Shown: one piece after another, positions 37,446-46,435 of the stretch
Position numbering within the stretch: the stretch's first letter is position 1
Layout of the letters: every line of letters starts with the position of its first letter
NCBI GenBank assembly: GCA_963842585.1
Contig: CAWJHG010000005.1
Coordinates: 285,652 to 349,651 of the forward strand
Reading direction: 5' to 3'
DNA from: Candidatus Acidiferrales bacterium
GTDB taxonomy: Bacteria > Acidobacteriota > Terriglobia > Acidiferrales > UBA7541
DNA: 64,000 nt
Notes under the pieces: model-generated
Told to the model about the DNA's origin: nothing
The model's database searches: none
The model's input: only the letters and a program-made list of their open reading frames with translations
Made by a program: the position numbers and the translations under genes

Positions 37446-37934
37446 ATGACAAATAGGGGTTCTCGAAGTCGGGTGCGGCACGCCATAATTTACTCGTCAG
37501 CGTTCTTGTTGCTAGTTGTCGTGATTGCTTTCTTAATCGCGGGAATCAACGATGTTCGCCGGGCGAGGCATCTGCGTGACGACATATGCAAGCTGGAACT
37601 TGGAAAATCCACGTTCGCAGACGTGAGCGCAATTTTTCCAAAATATCAGGGTTTCGTGCTCTCGCATGACGACATTTCATCAGCGTGCTCACCGGAGGGT
37701 TGTGACTATCTGCTAATAGTTGAGAACCCAATTTCAAGGCTAATTTCCATATTGCCAAGAACGGCTTTGTGCGCAAAGGTGCAAATATCTGAAAACACCT
37801 TAAGAACAAGGTCAATCCACATCTTCGAGTCGAACGGACAACTTTATCGAGAAGCGTTTGTACAGCAATCATTAAACTCACATTTCAGCGAGGACGTGCA
37901 CGTCATCACGCGTTCAAAGATGCCAGCTGTTTAA
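37446..37934 (+). CDS. hypothetical membrane-anchored protein
   Basis: 162 aa with one N-terminal TM helix (AIIYSSAFLLLVVVIAFLIAGI). No recognisable family. Confidence 0.5.
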   Translation: MTNRGSRSRVRHAIIYSSAFLLLVVVIAFLIAGINDVRRARHLRDDICKLELGKSTFADVSAIFPKYQGFVLSHDDISSACSPEGCDYLLIVENPISRLISILPRTALCAKVQISENTLRTRSIHIFESNGQLYREAFVQQSLNSHFSEDVHVITRSKMPAV

Positions 37935-37996
37935 TGCTTCCGGGTATCTGCGCTGAACCAGATGACATGCTGCCCTTCCTTGCGAAAAAGTCGTCG

Positions 37997-38060
37997 GATT
38001 GACCCACTTTGCTGGAAGAGCGGGTACTGGGAAGAACCTTTCCGATTTCCGAACTTACGG
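37997..38060 (+). repeat. long-form junction element (copy in first island intergenic gap)
   Basis: GATTGACCC...GTACTGGGAAGAACCTTTCCGATTTCCGAACTTACGG aligns with 44734-44809 (GATTAACGC...GTACTAGCCGGAACCTTTCCGATTTTCC...ACTTACGA). Confidence 0.6.
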
Positions 38061-38135
38061 GGAGTTGAGAGCATTTCGCCAAAACGACGCGTTTGACCCA
38101 CAACGCACATCGATGCTCGCTCACCGGCGGACAGA

Positions 38136-39257
38136 TTATTTCTTCGGTGGTTCGTATAGATCTTTGAGATCGGCGAACTCGAACATTTTGGCTTCAACAA
38201 ATTTGTCTGTGGCGTTCCCGCTATAGGTTTTTCCACCAACCAATTCCAGTTTCTTCACAGGAGCGCCGGGCTTGAGGTCCAAGTCGTCCAATCGCACCCA
38301 GAAAGTTGCCGGAGTCATCGCAGAGTCAAACAGCACAACGTGGTTTGTGCTATCGCTTATGGTTCGCCAAATGGTGGATGAGACCCACGGCTGATCGTCA
38401 AGAGAATATCCCAGCGGAGTGCCGACACTGCGCATCAGCGATAACACGGACATCGCCGCCTGGTACTGAAACTTCTGCTCCGGCGACCCGCTGATGTACT
38501 TCGGGGAAACCTCGGTCGGGATTGCGTCAAGCAGGAAACTCGCTCGAACGAAGCGATCCGCAGCGCGTGAAGTGCCTGGCAGAGATTTCGACAGACCACC
38601 GGCGTCCTTCCAGTACTCCATGATGGCCAATTGCTGATCGTACGTGGGAGAGTTCGTCAGCACTTTGTACTGTTTGCCGTGGTGAATGACGAGCTTGCCA
38701 TTGATGTACTCGAAGACGGCCGAGTCGCCAGAGGAATCCGAAATGGCCAGGTGCATGTTTGCGGGACGGCCAGTGGCCAGTATCACGGTTTGCACGCGGA
38801 ACTCCTCCTTGCGGAGGTCATTAACGGCGTCGGCAACGGTCGCATGGTTGTCCAGAACATACTGCGCCCAGGTGCTCATCGAGATGACTTTGGCGCCTTC
38901 AACCGGCTTGCCGTAATCCGATTCGACAAGGGCGAGCATGTTGACGACCAGCCCAGCCTCGTTCATCCCCTCCGAGGTGCCGATATCGTAACCCGTTACG
39001 ATGACGCTGCCATATTTCGATACCCAGGAGATCGTATTGGGACCACCCCTGCCGTCGCGCTTCATGCCACGCGGCAGCGCCCACATGTTTGAGCGCAAGT
39101 CCTCGCCCCAGTCCATCGATCGGCCAACGATTACAGTGCCGTCCTTCGCCACGAACAGTACACGGGTACAGGCCGCTGCCGAAAGCGCGGCGATGGAGAG
39201 GGCCAACACAACAATCAGGCCGACCGCAATAGCGCGAAAAGAATGACTGGTTCGCAT
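38136..39257 (-). CDS. secreted choloylglycine hydrolase / linear amide C-N hydrolase (Ntn) family protein
   Basis: A signal peptide ends in ...LSAAA, followed by the nucleophile Cys (CTRVLFVAKDGTVIVGRSMDW). This is a typical PVA/BSH-family N-terminus. Confidence 0.85.
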   Translation of the reverse strand: MRTSHSFRAIAVGLIVVLALSIAALSAAACTRVLFVAKDGTVIVGRSMDWGEDLRSNMWALPRGMKRDGRGGPNTISWVSKYGSVIVTGYDIGTSEGMNEAGLVVNMLALVESDYGKPVEGAKVISMSTWAQYVLDNHATVADAVNDLRKEEFRVQTVILATGRPANMHLAISDSSGDSAVFEYINGKLVIHHGKQYKVLTNSPTYDQQLAIMEYWKDAGGLSKSLPGTSRAADRFVRASFLLDAIPTEVSPKYISGSPEQKFQYQAAMSVLSLMRSVGTPLGYSLDDQPWVSSTIWRTISDSTNHVVLFDSAMTPATFWVRLDDLDLKPGAPVKKLELVGGKTYSGNATDKFVEAKMFEFADLKDLYEPPKK

Positions 39258-39433
39258 AGCTCTCCTCCAAACAAATTACTCTAGAATTTCAAAGCCCGGC
39301 CAACCTTGTTCGATACGGCTCTTCGCCGCCGTTCGATTGGGACTTGTAGCAAATAGCAGGAAACTCTGCTGCTCACTTTTATACAGTTTCAATGCGGCGC
39401 GGCTCTGTGCTTGCGGTTACCAACTTAGCGGCT

Positions 39434-39467
39434 GAAAGTAAAAGCCCCGGACTCGAAAGTCCGGGGC
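39434..39467 (-). terminator. rho-independent-type terminator (orphan, minus strand)
   Basis: Perfect 10-bp stem GCCCCGGACT / AGTCCGGGGC with a 4-nt loop (39444-39467). On the minus strand it is followed by TTTTACTTTC. No annotated minus-strand CDS ends nearby. Confidence 0.5.
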
Positions 39468-40092
39468 CAGTCTTTGAAGGCAGTCTCATTCCCCAATTTT
39501 TTCCGCCCGAAAAAAACGGTTGTGATAAGCCAGCAAACTCGAATGATTTGATGATGTCAGTGTGCGCTGCCGATTTAGCGTAGATGCACGTTACTACCAT
39601 AAAACCTGCATGGCAACTGGCAAAACTACTAGTTCAGGCATGGTAGGTTACCGGAACTCGCTTCCATTCAAATTCTTCGCAATTATTTTCCTGCTGGTGT
39701 AATCAAGTCTCCTTATTGAAATAAGGTCAGTTCTTTGTGCCGCATATCACCAGTGCACGAATCGCTTGGAGGTTATGCTCCGAATCGGCCATCGCACCCC
39801 CAGCTCCTTCCATGAGAAGGCCGGTCGGTGTCAAGGCACACGTTCACTTTCTTTATCTTTCTTGTTTTCCTAACCAGTCCTCACCAGCCAAGCCGCCTCT
39901 GTTGCCATCCTTCCATCCGCACTCTTTGGTGAGCGATATTCGCTCGGTGCTAGGTGGGTGTTCTCGTTCAGTAGGTGCTGCTACCTGGTAATCGTCCTCT
40001 CGTCCCACTTTTTCGGTGGGAGTCGGGCGCAGGACCTAGTCGCAGTCACCTGACTTGGCGGTTTGAGCTCGGCTGTTTCGGATCGAAACTCT

Positions 40093-41193
40093 CTAGGCCA
40101 CTGCCCGCATCGCTTTTTGGCTATTGCGCAGTGGTTCGTATACCTCTCCGCTTACCCACAACCGATGTAGCAGTACCGCCAACTTTCGCGCCACGGCTAC
40201 CACCGCTCGTTTCTTGGCGTTTTTTCCTCCTCGCTCCGCAAGCTTCAGTCCCCATCGCCGCAGATCACTGTCTTCTCCAAACGGTCCCAGAATGTAATGC
40301 GCGCCTTGCACCATCATCGTTCGCAGATACCGGTCTCCTGACTTGCTGATGCCTTTCTGCGGTTTGCTCTCTCCGGAGTCTCTTCGGCCAGGTTTTAACC
40401 CGAGAAAACAGCCGACCTCACGACTTTTCAGGAATCGATACGGATCTTCGATCGTCAGGACATAGGTCAGAGCGATCTGCGTTCCCACACCCTTCACCTG
40501 CTGGAGCAAGGACACTTCCGGGTATACTTCCTTGGCGATTTTCTCCATCCGTTGGTCATATTCCTGGATGCGCTGGTTCAGCGATTCGATTTCTGTAAGC
40601 AACGGGTCAAGAACATCACGCAACTCTGCACTCAACCCAGCGCTCAGCTCCCGGCTCACCTGCTGCGTGCCACACTTGGGTAGCCGTTCACCAAAGGGCT
40701 TCACCAACCCACGGGCTGCGTTGACCAAGGCCGTTCGCGCACTCACCAGTTCCGCTCGCGCTCGGATCACCGTCAGATGAATTTGTGCCTTTGCACTGCG
40801 ATGCTGCACTGGCCCCAACAACTCGGGATCGAACCGCGCCAGTCGTGCCAAGGTTCGCGCATCGTGCCGATCATCTTTTCGATTGCTCTTGGTGATCAAT
40901 TGCACTTTTTGCGCGTGCGCCACGATCACTTCGTGCCCCAACTCTGTTAACAGCCGGCTTACCCATGATGAGTGCGTTCCTGTCTCCATGGCGACGAGAC
41001 TTCGCGGTATTTTTCCAAAGGTCTGCCTCATCGCTTCCGGTGTAGTCGATACTTTCTGCTCCAGAATGATTTTGCCTGCTTCATCTAAAACACAATAGAA
41101 CGACCAACGATCTCCTATATCTATCCCGATCGTTAGCTTTTGCTCCTTCAAAATTTCATTACTAAATGCTTGCATGGTGCTAATCTTCTTCAT
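40093..41193 (-). CDS. IS110-family (DEDD) transposase, copy 1
   Basis: LTIGIDIGDRWSFYCVLDE...METGTHSSWV... N-terminal RuvC-like DEDD domain. C-terminal Transposase_20-like region (VKGVGTQIALTYV). ATG 41193 is preceded by AAGGAG. Confidence 0.9.
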   Translation of the reverse strand: MKKISTMQAFSNEILKEQKLTIGIDIGDRWSFYCVLDEAGKIILEQKVSTTPEAMRQTFGKIPRSLVAMETGTHSSWVSRLLTELGHEVIVAHAQKVQLITKSNRKDDRHDARTLARLARFDPELLGPVQHRSAKAQIHLTVIRARAELVSARTALVNAARGLVKPFGERLPKCGTQQVSRELSAGLSAELRDVLDPLLTEIESLNQRIQEYDQRMEKIAKEVYPEVSLLQQVKGVGTQIALTYVLTIEDPYRFLKSREVGCFLGLKPGRRDSGESKPQKGISKSGDRYLRTMMVQGAHYILGPFGEDSDLRRWGLKLAERGGKNAKKRAVVAVARKLAVLLHRLWVSGEVYEPLRNSQKAMRAVA

Positions 41194-41526
41194 CGCCGGT
41201 CTCCTTTTTTGTGCCTCGAGCACGTCGAACATCGGGAGCTTATCGCATCCCGCTGGAGACCGGCCTTCTCATCCCATCTGTCCTTTAGGGCCGCAGCGGC
41301 CCGCGAAACCTCATGAAAATCACTTCGAGGTAAGATCGAAACGCCAAGAGCGGCGAGGTCGAGTTTATCAGTGGAGAGTTCGAGGCCGTCCATCTGTCTG
41401 ATCCGGAGCGTGCGTGTTTGAGCGAATAATTGGGCGTCGCTGTTTTCCTTAGGGGAACCACCGATAGCCCGTGACCCTGGTTAGAGTAGCTGCAGCACGC
41501 TCTCCACTCCTGGCTAGGAGGAGTCT

Positions 41527-42816
41527 ATGCCCTACAGAATCGCGGGAATCGATGTTCACAAGAGGGTGCTGGCGGTAGTTGTCTCCAACGTCGAAGTTGA
41601 AAGTGAGTACCAGTTTGAGCGGAGAATGTTTGGCGCCAACCCCGAACAATTGCGTTTGCTGGCTGCGTGGTTGGTCGAGCAAGAGGCTGAGGAAGTGGTT
41701 ATGGAATCAACGGCGCAATATTGGAAACCAGTGTGGGGAGCACTGGAAAGGTATTGGAAGCCGATCCGGGAGAAGCGGGAAGGAGCCAAGCGGAGGTCTG
41801 GAACGCTGCATCTTGCGCAGGCACAGTCCAATCGCGGACGGCGCGGGCGAAAAAAAGATTTCGTCGATGCTGAACGACTGGTGAAACGATTAGTAGCTCG
41901 AGAATTAACACTGAGCTTTGTGCCCGATCCGGAGCAGCGTCTATGGAGAGCGGTAACGCGCAAGAAGTACCAGTTGCGGCGCGACGTGGTGCGGTTAAAC
42001 AACCAATTGGAGTCACTTCTGGAAGAGACTCATATTAAATTTTCCAGCCTGGTCTCAGATCTGCTAGGCGTCAGTGCCAGGCGTATGTTGAGGGCGCTGG
42101 CTGACGGAGAAACCAATCCTGCAGCGCTTGCCGCTTTGGCTCATCAGAGATTACGCGCTACGCCGGAACAATTGTGTGATGCGCTCGGCGCGTGCGCGGA
42201 CCTCAAGCCCGTTTACCGACAGCTCCTGAAAATGACACTCGAACAATTGCAGTTCCTCGAACAGCAGATCAGTCAACTGGACCAGGAGCTAGCCACTTTG
42301 CTCCATCCGTACCACGATGCTGTCCAACGGCTAGCGGAGATTCCGGGGTTCGGAGTGGACTCAGCGCAGCAGATCATTGCCGAAGTTGGCCCTACCGCAG
42401 CGACGTTTCCCTCTGGGAAATGCCTCTCCTCATGGGTCGGTGCCTGCCCCGGCGACGAAGAGAGCGCTGGAGTGAACTACAGCCACCGATCTCCGAAGGG
42501 CAATCGCCACATGCGACGCTTGCTTAATCAGGCTGCCAACGCGGCCATAAAAGTCAAAGGAAGCATCTTCGAGATTGTCTATCGCCGTTGTGTCCCGCGC
42601 CTCGGACACAATCAAGCCATCGGGGTCATCGCCCATCGACAGTGCCGTCTGATCTGGTTGATCTTGCATCAAGCTACCCCTTACGAAGAACGGGGCCCGG
42701 CAGTCATCCAACAATCCAAATACAAGCGCACCTGGAGAATGATTCGCCAACTACGACAGCTGGGATATCAGATCGAATCGCCGAAACCTCAACCTAGCCA
42801 AGCACAGGCGCAGTGA
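41527..42816 (+). CDS. IS110-family (DEDD) transposase, copy 2
   Basis: YRIAGIDVHKRVLAVVV...MESTAQYWKPVW...IPGFGVDSAQQIIAEVG...HRSPKGNRHMRRLL. GGAGGAG lies upstream of the ATG. Confidence 0.9.
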   Translation: MPYRIAGIDVHKRVLAVVVSNVEVESEYQFERRMFGANPEQLRLLAAWLVEQEAEEVVMESTAQYWKPVWGALERYWKPIREKREGAKRRSGTLHLAQAQSNRGRRGRKKDFVDAERLVKRLVARELTLSFVPDPEQRLWRAVTRKKYQLRRDVVRLNNQLESLLEETHIKFSSLVSDLLGVSARRMLRALADGETNPAALAALAHQRLRATPEQLCDALGACADLKPVYRQLLKMTLEQLQFLEQQISQLDQELATLLHPYHDAVQRLAEIPGFGVDSAQQIIAEVGPTAATFPSGKCLSSWVGACPGDEESAGVNYSHRSPKGNRHMRRLLNQAANAAIKVKGSIFEIVYRRCVPRLGHNQAIGVIAHRQCRLIWLILHQATPYEERGPAVIQQSKYKRTWRMIRQLRQLGYQIESPKPQPSQAQAQ

Positions 42817-42840
42817 TTTTCGACCCTGGGAAACGTTAGT

Positions 42841-42910
42841 GTTTTATCGGAAGCGCGTTTTCGCGGAGCGGTGAACGCCAGCGAGGTACTCCGCGCGCGT
42901 TCGATAAAAC
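42841..42910 (+). repeat. about 70-nt compound hairpin immediately 3' of IS110 copy 2
   Basis: The arms GTTTTATCGGAAGCGCG / CGCGCGTTCGATAAAAC pair over 17 positions (15 Watson-Crick, one G-T wobble, one mismatch). There is an inner CGCGGAG/CTCCGCG pairing. The apex contains GGTGAACGCCAGCGAGGTACT, which is junction-motif-like. Confidence 0.65.
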
Positions 42911-43126
42911 CGTTTGAAGGTGGCCGCTGGCGTTTGCGGTGGATGCGGGCTAATGGCTGGAGTCGAGCTAACGGCTATGGGAATTGAATCTTTTTTCGTT
43001 TGCAGCTTATTGATTTTGCTTGGCTTAGGAAAATCAGAGAAAAGCGAATATCGAGGTTAAAAGCCTGACCGTGCGGCATAACGTGAGGAGCATAGCACGC
43101 GAAGCGTCCGCCGCGCCAGCGGCTAC

Positions 43127-43162
43127 GTTCAAACGCGGTAATCGGAAAGATGGATACTAGTC
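43127..43162 (+). repeat. junction-motif-like site
   Basis: TTCAAACGCGGTAATCGGAAAGATGGATACTAGTCC. Compare 45508 GCTTAACGCCAAATCGGAAAGGTTCGTCCTAGACC. Confidence 0.45.
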
Positions 43163-43175
43163 CTGGCGAACAAAC

Positions 43176-43445
43176 TTGATTTCGCGGATGGTCGTGTGCT
43201 TCTCTATTGACAACATGCATCCAGAACCAGAATGGTCTGTAAGGTCGAGGAAAAACGCCTGGGTTTTTGTCCGCGAGACGCTCCTCTATGGGATTGTCAT
43301 CTTTGCTCTTCTCGCTTCCATACGTTGGGTGTGGCATCTCAATTTTGCGACTAATCTCTTCGAGATTTGGGTGGTGAGCACAATTGTATTTGCCCCTTTG
43401 GTCAGTGTCGGAAAACACTTATTTATCGATGCTTTTAAGTGGTGA
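43176..43445 (+). CDS. possible small two-TM membrane protein
   Basis: ORF with two hydrophobic helices (LLYGIVIFALLASIRWVW, IWVVSTIVFAPLVSV). The likely start is ATG 43188 or 43215. An overlapping minus-strand ORF looks non-protein-like. Confidence 0.35.
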   Translation: MISRMVVCFSIDNMHPEPEWSVRSRKNAWVFVRETLLYGIVIFALLASIRWVWHLNFATNLFEIWVVSTIVFAPLVSVGKHLFIDAFKW

Positions 43446-43483
43446 AGACACTCGCCCGCCAGCCAAGTCCCGGCAGCCCAAAT

Positions 43484-43527
43484 CGGAAACTTAAAGTACT
43501 AGCCGGAACCTTTCCGATTTTCCAACT
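43484..43527 (+). repeat. 44-nt exact repeat, copy A (hairpin-forming part of long-form junction element)
   Basis: CGGAAACTTAAAGTACTAGCCGGAACCTTTCCGATTTTCCAACT is identical to 44752-44795. AAATCGGAAA / TTTCCGATTT form a 10-bp inverted repeat. Confidence 0.9.
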
Positions 43528-43652
43528 AATCATGACTTGAGCCGTGTTGTGATAAAAGTCCGACATCTCACCCCGACATTCCCATACCCATATCGACTAG
43601 AAGTTTTTAGCGTATAAATACTTTAGGACTCGGTTGCGAGAGGAGTGGCCAA

Positions 43653-44207
43653 ATGCGAATTGTTCGGGATGCTCTGATTTTATGGTTTGTGGTACTGCTT
43701 TTTGCTGTCGGCGTCTCGCCGCAAGACCAGCCAAAGGTTCCTTCGGCGAGCGAAATTCAGGAATTGCTTACTGAGGTGGAAACTGCGTGGCAGCAGTTTA
43801 GGCCGCTGTTCAATCAGCAACGGGAACTATTGGCAAAGAGCAGAAATACTGCTCCAGATGGTTATCTGCGAACCTATCCGCTGGACGCTGCTGTCCCGAT
43901 GATGAAATATCGTCCGCTAAGTTTTAATGGACCTGATGGATTCTTGTTGTTCCAATGGTTGTCCGACGCGAGTAGAACGGCTGCATTATGTGCGAATACT
44001 TCTTCCGCTCAAGCAAGAATACCTTCAGCAGCAAGCAAGAGTGACCTTGCGGATGATTTCAACCGTTTGGGGAAAGGCTGCTTGGACGCATCTACGTCAC
44101 TGTACAGCGTGAGTCAAAAAACTGCGGCTCTCTATCTAAGGTACCTCAATTCAGAACAGGAACGTCGCCAGAGTAGTGCCGGTGCAACCCAGAAACTCAA
44201 GTCTTGA
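43653..44207 (+). CDS. secreted hypothetical protein
   Basis: 184 aa. RBS GAGGAG. Signal peptide ALILWFVVLLFAVGVSPQ. No recognisable family. Confidence 0.6.
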   Translation: MRIVRDALILWFVVLLFAVGVSPQDQPKVPSASEIQELLTEVETAWQQFRPLFNQQRELLAKSRNTAPDGYLRTYPLDAAVPMMKYRPLSFNGPDGFLLFQWLSDASRTAALCANTSSAQARIPSAASKSDLADDFNRLGKGCLDASTSLYSVSQKTAALYLRYLNSEQERRQSSAGATQKLKS

Positions 44208-44222
44208 TTAACGCCGTTACCG
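44206..44222 (+). repeat. junction motif copy (overlaps stop codon of preceding ORF)
   Basis: GATTAACGCCGTTACCG. 16/17 identical to 47362-47378. GTACTAGG follows at 44232. Confidence 0.6.
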
Positions 44223-44254
44223 TCCATGTGGGTACTAGGTGGTACGCTGGATGT

Positions 44255-44722
44255 ATGGCACAAGAAAAGAGGTTCGCGGTCATTCAAGTTCCAGACTTGA
44301 ACTGGCCAACCGCACTGAAAATACCCTCCAAGAGGTTCCGTCTGTTCGTAGCCGCGAATATTACGGACGTAAGCACGCAGATGGTCTCCGACTTTGCCCT
44401 CGCCGCCCTAAATCAGGGCATGGTGTATTTCTGCTCGTGGGGTCCAGACTGCTCGAGGTTTCATGACATCGTCGATGAGGTTCTTGTGGAGGATGATATC
44501 GGCGAGCAGAAGTTCGCAGGTCCCAACAGCAGCGACACCATCATGACAACTTGGCACGCGAAAAACAGCCTGGAAGACGCCATCGACTTCTTCGCAACCT
44601 GCGCGTACCCAACTGACGGGTTCGCATCGGATAGCGACTTTCGCCTTGTGATTTGCGTTGCAAATCCGCAGTGGGCCGCTCAAGCAAACAAATCCCTCCA
44701 ATCCGCGCAGTTCTTCGTTTGA
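44255..44722 (+). CDS. hypothetical cytoplasmic protein
   Basis: The internal ATG gives MAQEKRFAVIQVPDLNWPTALKIP... (155 aa). No recognisable family. Confidence 0.6.
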   Translation: MAQEKRFAVIQVPDLNWPTALKIPSKRFRLFVAANITDVSTQMVSDFALAALNQGMVYFCSWGPDCSRFHDIVDEVLVEDDIGEQKFAGPNSSDTIMTTWHAKNSLEDAIDFFATCAYPTDGFASDSDFRLVICVANPQWAAQANKSLQSAQFFV

Positions 44723-44733
44723 CGCAAGATCCT

Positions 44734-44809
44734 GATTAACGCAGCTGAAACCGGAAACTTAAAGTACTAGCCGGAACCTTTCCGATTTTCCAACTTCCCA
44801 GGACTTACG
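44734..44809 (+). repeat. long-form junction element (contains 44-nt exact repeat copy B at 44752-44795)
   Basis: GATTAACGCAGCTGAAACCGGAAACTTAAAGTACTAGCCGGAACCTTTCCGATTTTCCAACTTCCCAGGACTTACGA. Confidence 0.85.
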
Positions 44810-44870
44810 AAGAGAAAAGCGGGTGTATTCTCGCCAAAAGGATTGAATCGCGAGTTGGGAGGAATCTCAC

Positions 44871-45443
44871 ATGTCTCAATGTAAGCGAGCCTTACTTTCT
44901 ATGTTTTGGATGGCAACCACAGCATGGGCATTGGCCCCGCATATAGTCGCCGTTGGCGCCGGGTCGCAAGGCGTTCATGCACCCGAAGCCAAAAATCATG
45001 CGCCGTATCCTGATAGCACGCAAGGTCTGAAACAAGAATTAAAAGACATGCGTGAGTTGGCGCGACTCGGTAAATCGGACGAACTCCGAGCCATGATAAC
45101 GGATTTGGAGATTCCAGATGCTCGGGCTTGGTATTTGGCAAATTTTGGGACGTCTGGGTTGGAGACAGCCCGTACGTACGAGGACAATCTCATAGCATCG
45201 GAGGAGCGGCTCAAGAATCAGATGACCGCGTTTGCTCGCGAGGATGGCTACTTTTCGGTAAAGAAGCAAGACGCCAAAAAGGTCTATCCAAGCCTCGTTA
45301 CAGCCCCTGAGGTATTTCTCGCAGCCTGGGGAAGCAGATCGGTCTACGGAGAGCACCCTGACCCGACGCCGTTTGGGTATTTCTTCTTCGTCGATGGAAA
45401 GTTCCGCTGGGACAGTACGTTTATGTGGGTAACCGTTGATTAG
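44871..45443 (+). CDS. secreted hypothetical protein
   Basis: 190 aa. RBS GGGAGG. Signal peptide LLSMFWMATTAWALAP. No recognisable family. Confidence 0.6.
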   Translation: MSQCKRALLSMFWMATTAWALAPHIVAVGAGSQGVHAPEAKNHAPYPDSTQGLKQELKDMRELARLGKSDELRAMITDLEIPDARAWYLANFGTSGLETARTYEDNLIASEERLKNQMTAFAREDGYFSVKKQDAKKVYPSLVTAPEVFLAAWGSRSVYGEHPDPTPFGYFFFVDGKFRWDSTFMWVTVD

Positions 45444-45507
45444 GCATCGTCAAAATAGACATTCAGAAATAAAGACAATCCGAAGACGCCTTTTACCCGC
45501 CAACTCT

Positions 45508-45541
45508 GCTTAACGCCAAATCGGAAAGGTTCGTCCTAGAC
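45508..45541 (+). repeat. junction motif copy at the convergence point of plus- and minus-strand ORFs
   Basis: GCTTAACGCCAAATCGGAAAGGTTCGTCCTAGAC. AAATCGGAAAGGTTC is the exact reverse complement of the GAACCTTTCCGATTT found in the long-form elements. Confidence 0.55.
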
Positions 45542-46015
45542 CTGATTCATCCGAGATTGTAGGAATTGCCGCACCGGTAGAGATGGAAAGTACTCGTAGA
45601 CTGGGCCGAGAACCAGCTTCCGAAGTCTACTCCCAATTGTTTGAGGCTCAACTTCCTGGAAGTCAAAGTACTCCGTTCCGGCCAGTTCCGGCGGCCACAG
45701 CACACGCGATTTCCACTCCGTCGAATTGTGAAGCTGCGTTTCGATGTTCGCCGCCCAGCGTTGCCGTAGGTCGTGCAAGACTTCCTCAATCCCATCCGAA
45801 TACAGGCTGGCCCTTGCCAAGCTCAACTTGTCAGTGTCAGCCTGTACAAACAGCAAGAAGTAATCGTCAGCCCAAGGCCCTTCGTTCGTTGTGTATTCTG
45901 CCACCATCAGAACTCCGTCCACCGCAACTTGCCAAAGTAATCGCTGCTCGAAATAGTATTCGATTGTCGATTTGTCGGAGCTGTACTTGAGTTGCGGCTT
46001 CGCCGTCTTATCCAT
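45536..46015 (-). CDS. hypothetical protein
   Basis: 159 aa with ATG start and protein-like composition. No recognisable family. Confidence 0.6.
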   Translation of the reverse strand: MDKTAKPQLKYSSDKSTIEYYFEQRLLWQVAVDGVLMVAEYTTNEGPWADDYFLLFVQADTDKLSLARASLYSDGIEEVLHDLRQRWAANIETQLHNSTEWKSRVLWPPELAGTEYFDFQEVEPQTIGSRLRKLVLGPVYEYFPSLPVRQFLQSRMNQV

Positions 46016-46053
46016 GTTGCAGAGAGTTTAGCAACTTAAGACAGCAAGGTCTC

Positions 46054-46070
46054 GGTAAACGCGCTTACCG
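46054..46070 (+). repeat. junction motif copy
   Basis: GGTAAACGCGCTTACCG (quasi-palindrome CGGTAA..TTACCG), in the gap between two minus-strand ORFs. Confidence 0.5.
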
Positions 46071-46107
46071 TACAAGTGGCAAGGCTCGCCGGAATCATCG
46101 CCCACAG

Positions 46108-46383
46108 CTAAACCGATTCGAGGAGTGCCTCGTGCCATTTTCCGGGTGCGTTTTTCAATTGGTAGAGGGCATCACCACCGTGATAGAAAGCGACACCTAC
46201 GACTGAATCTTGCGTACCCGCATACGCAATTTGCTCTACAGAAATAGGATGATGGAATTTCCAGGTTCGCCGAAAATCTTCCAACTTCGCTCTGTCACTT
46301 ATCCTTACTTCCGACCCAGCGGGGAATCTTTCGTGATATGGCGTTTCCTCTCTTTGCATGGCGTAAATTATAGCAATCCACAT
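46108..46383 (-). CDS. hypothetical small protein
   Basis: 91 aa. The start is ATG 46383 or 46359. No recognisable family. Confidence 0.5.
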   Translation of the reverse strand: MWIAIIYAMQREETPYHERFPAGSEVRISDRAKLEDFRRTWKFHHPISVEQIAYAGTQDSVVGVAFYHGGDALYQLKNAPGKWHEALLESV

Positions 46384-46387
46384 GCCT

Positions 46388-46407
46388 GATAAACGCTGCC
46401 GGTAAAG
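46388..46407 (+). repeat. junction motif copy
   Basis: GATAAACGCTGCCGGTAAAG, in an intergenic gap. Confidence 0.45.
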
Positions 46408-46435
46408 TTCAAGTTAGGGTCCGTCTGAGGCTTCT

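Larger units (their letters stand above)
40093..42816. mobile_element. two adjacent, divergently oriented IS110-family insertion sequences (element ends not determined)
   Basis: The two unrelated-in-sequence IS110-type transposase genes are 333 nt apart (41194-41526). The family lacks classical terminal inverted repeats, so the boundaries cannot be read off. Confidence 0.7.

Noticed and set aside
40004-40016. 13-nt identity (CCCACTTTTTCGG) between the hairpin downstream of IS110 copy 1 and the interior of the 52963-53028 hairpin.
   Set aside because: A single shared 13-mer is expected by chance many times in an all-against-all comparison of 64 kb. The flanks do not align.
42975-43418. 147-aa minus-strand ORF.
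   Set aside because: Its composition is not protein-like and it has no start context. It overlaps a junction-like site and the more plausible plus-strand two-TM ORF.
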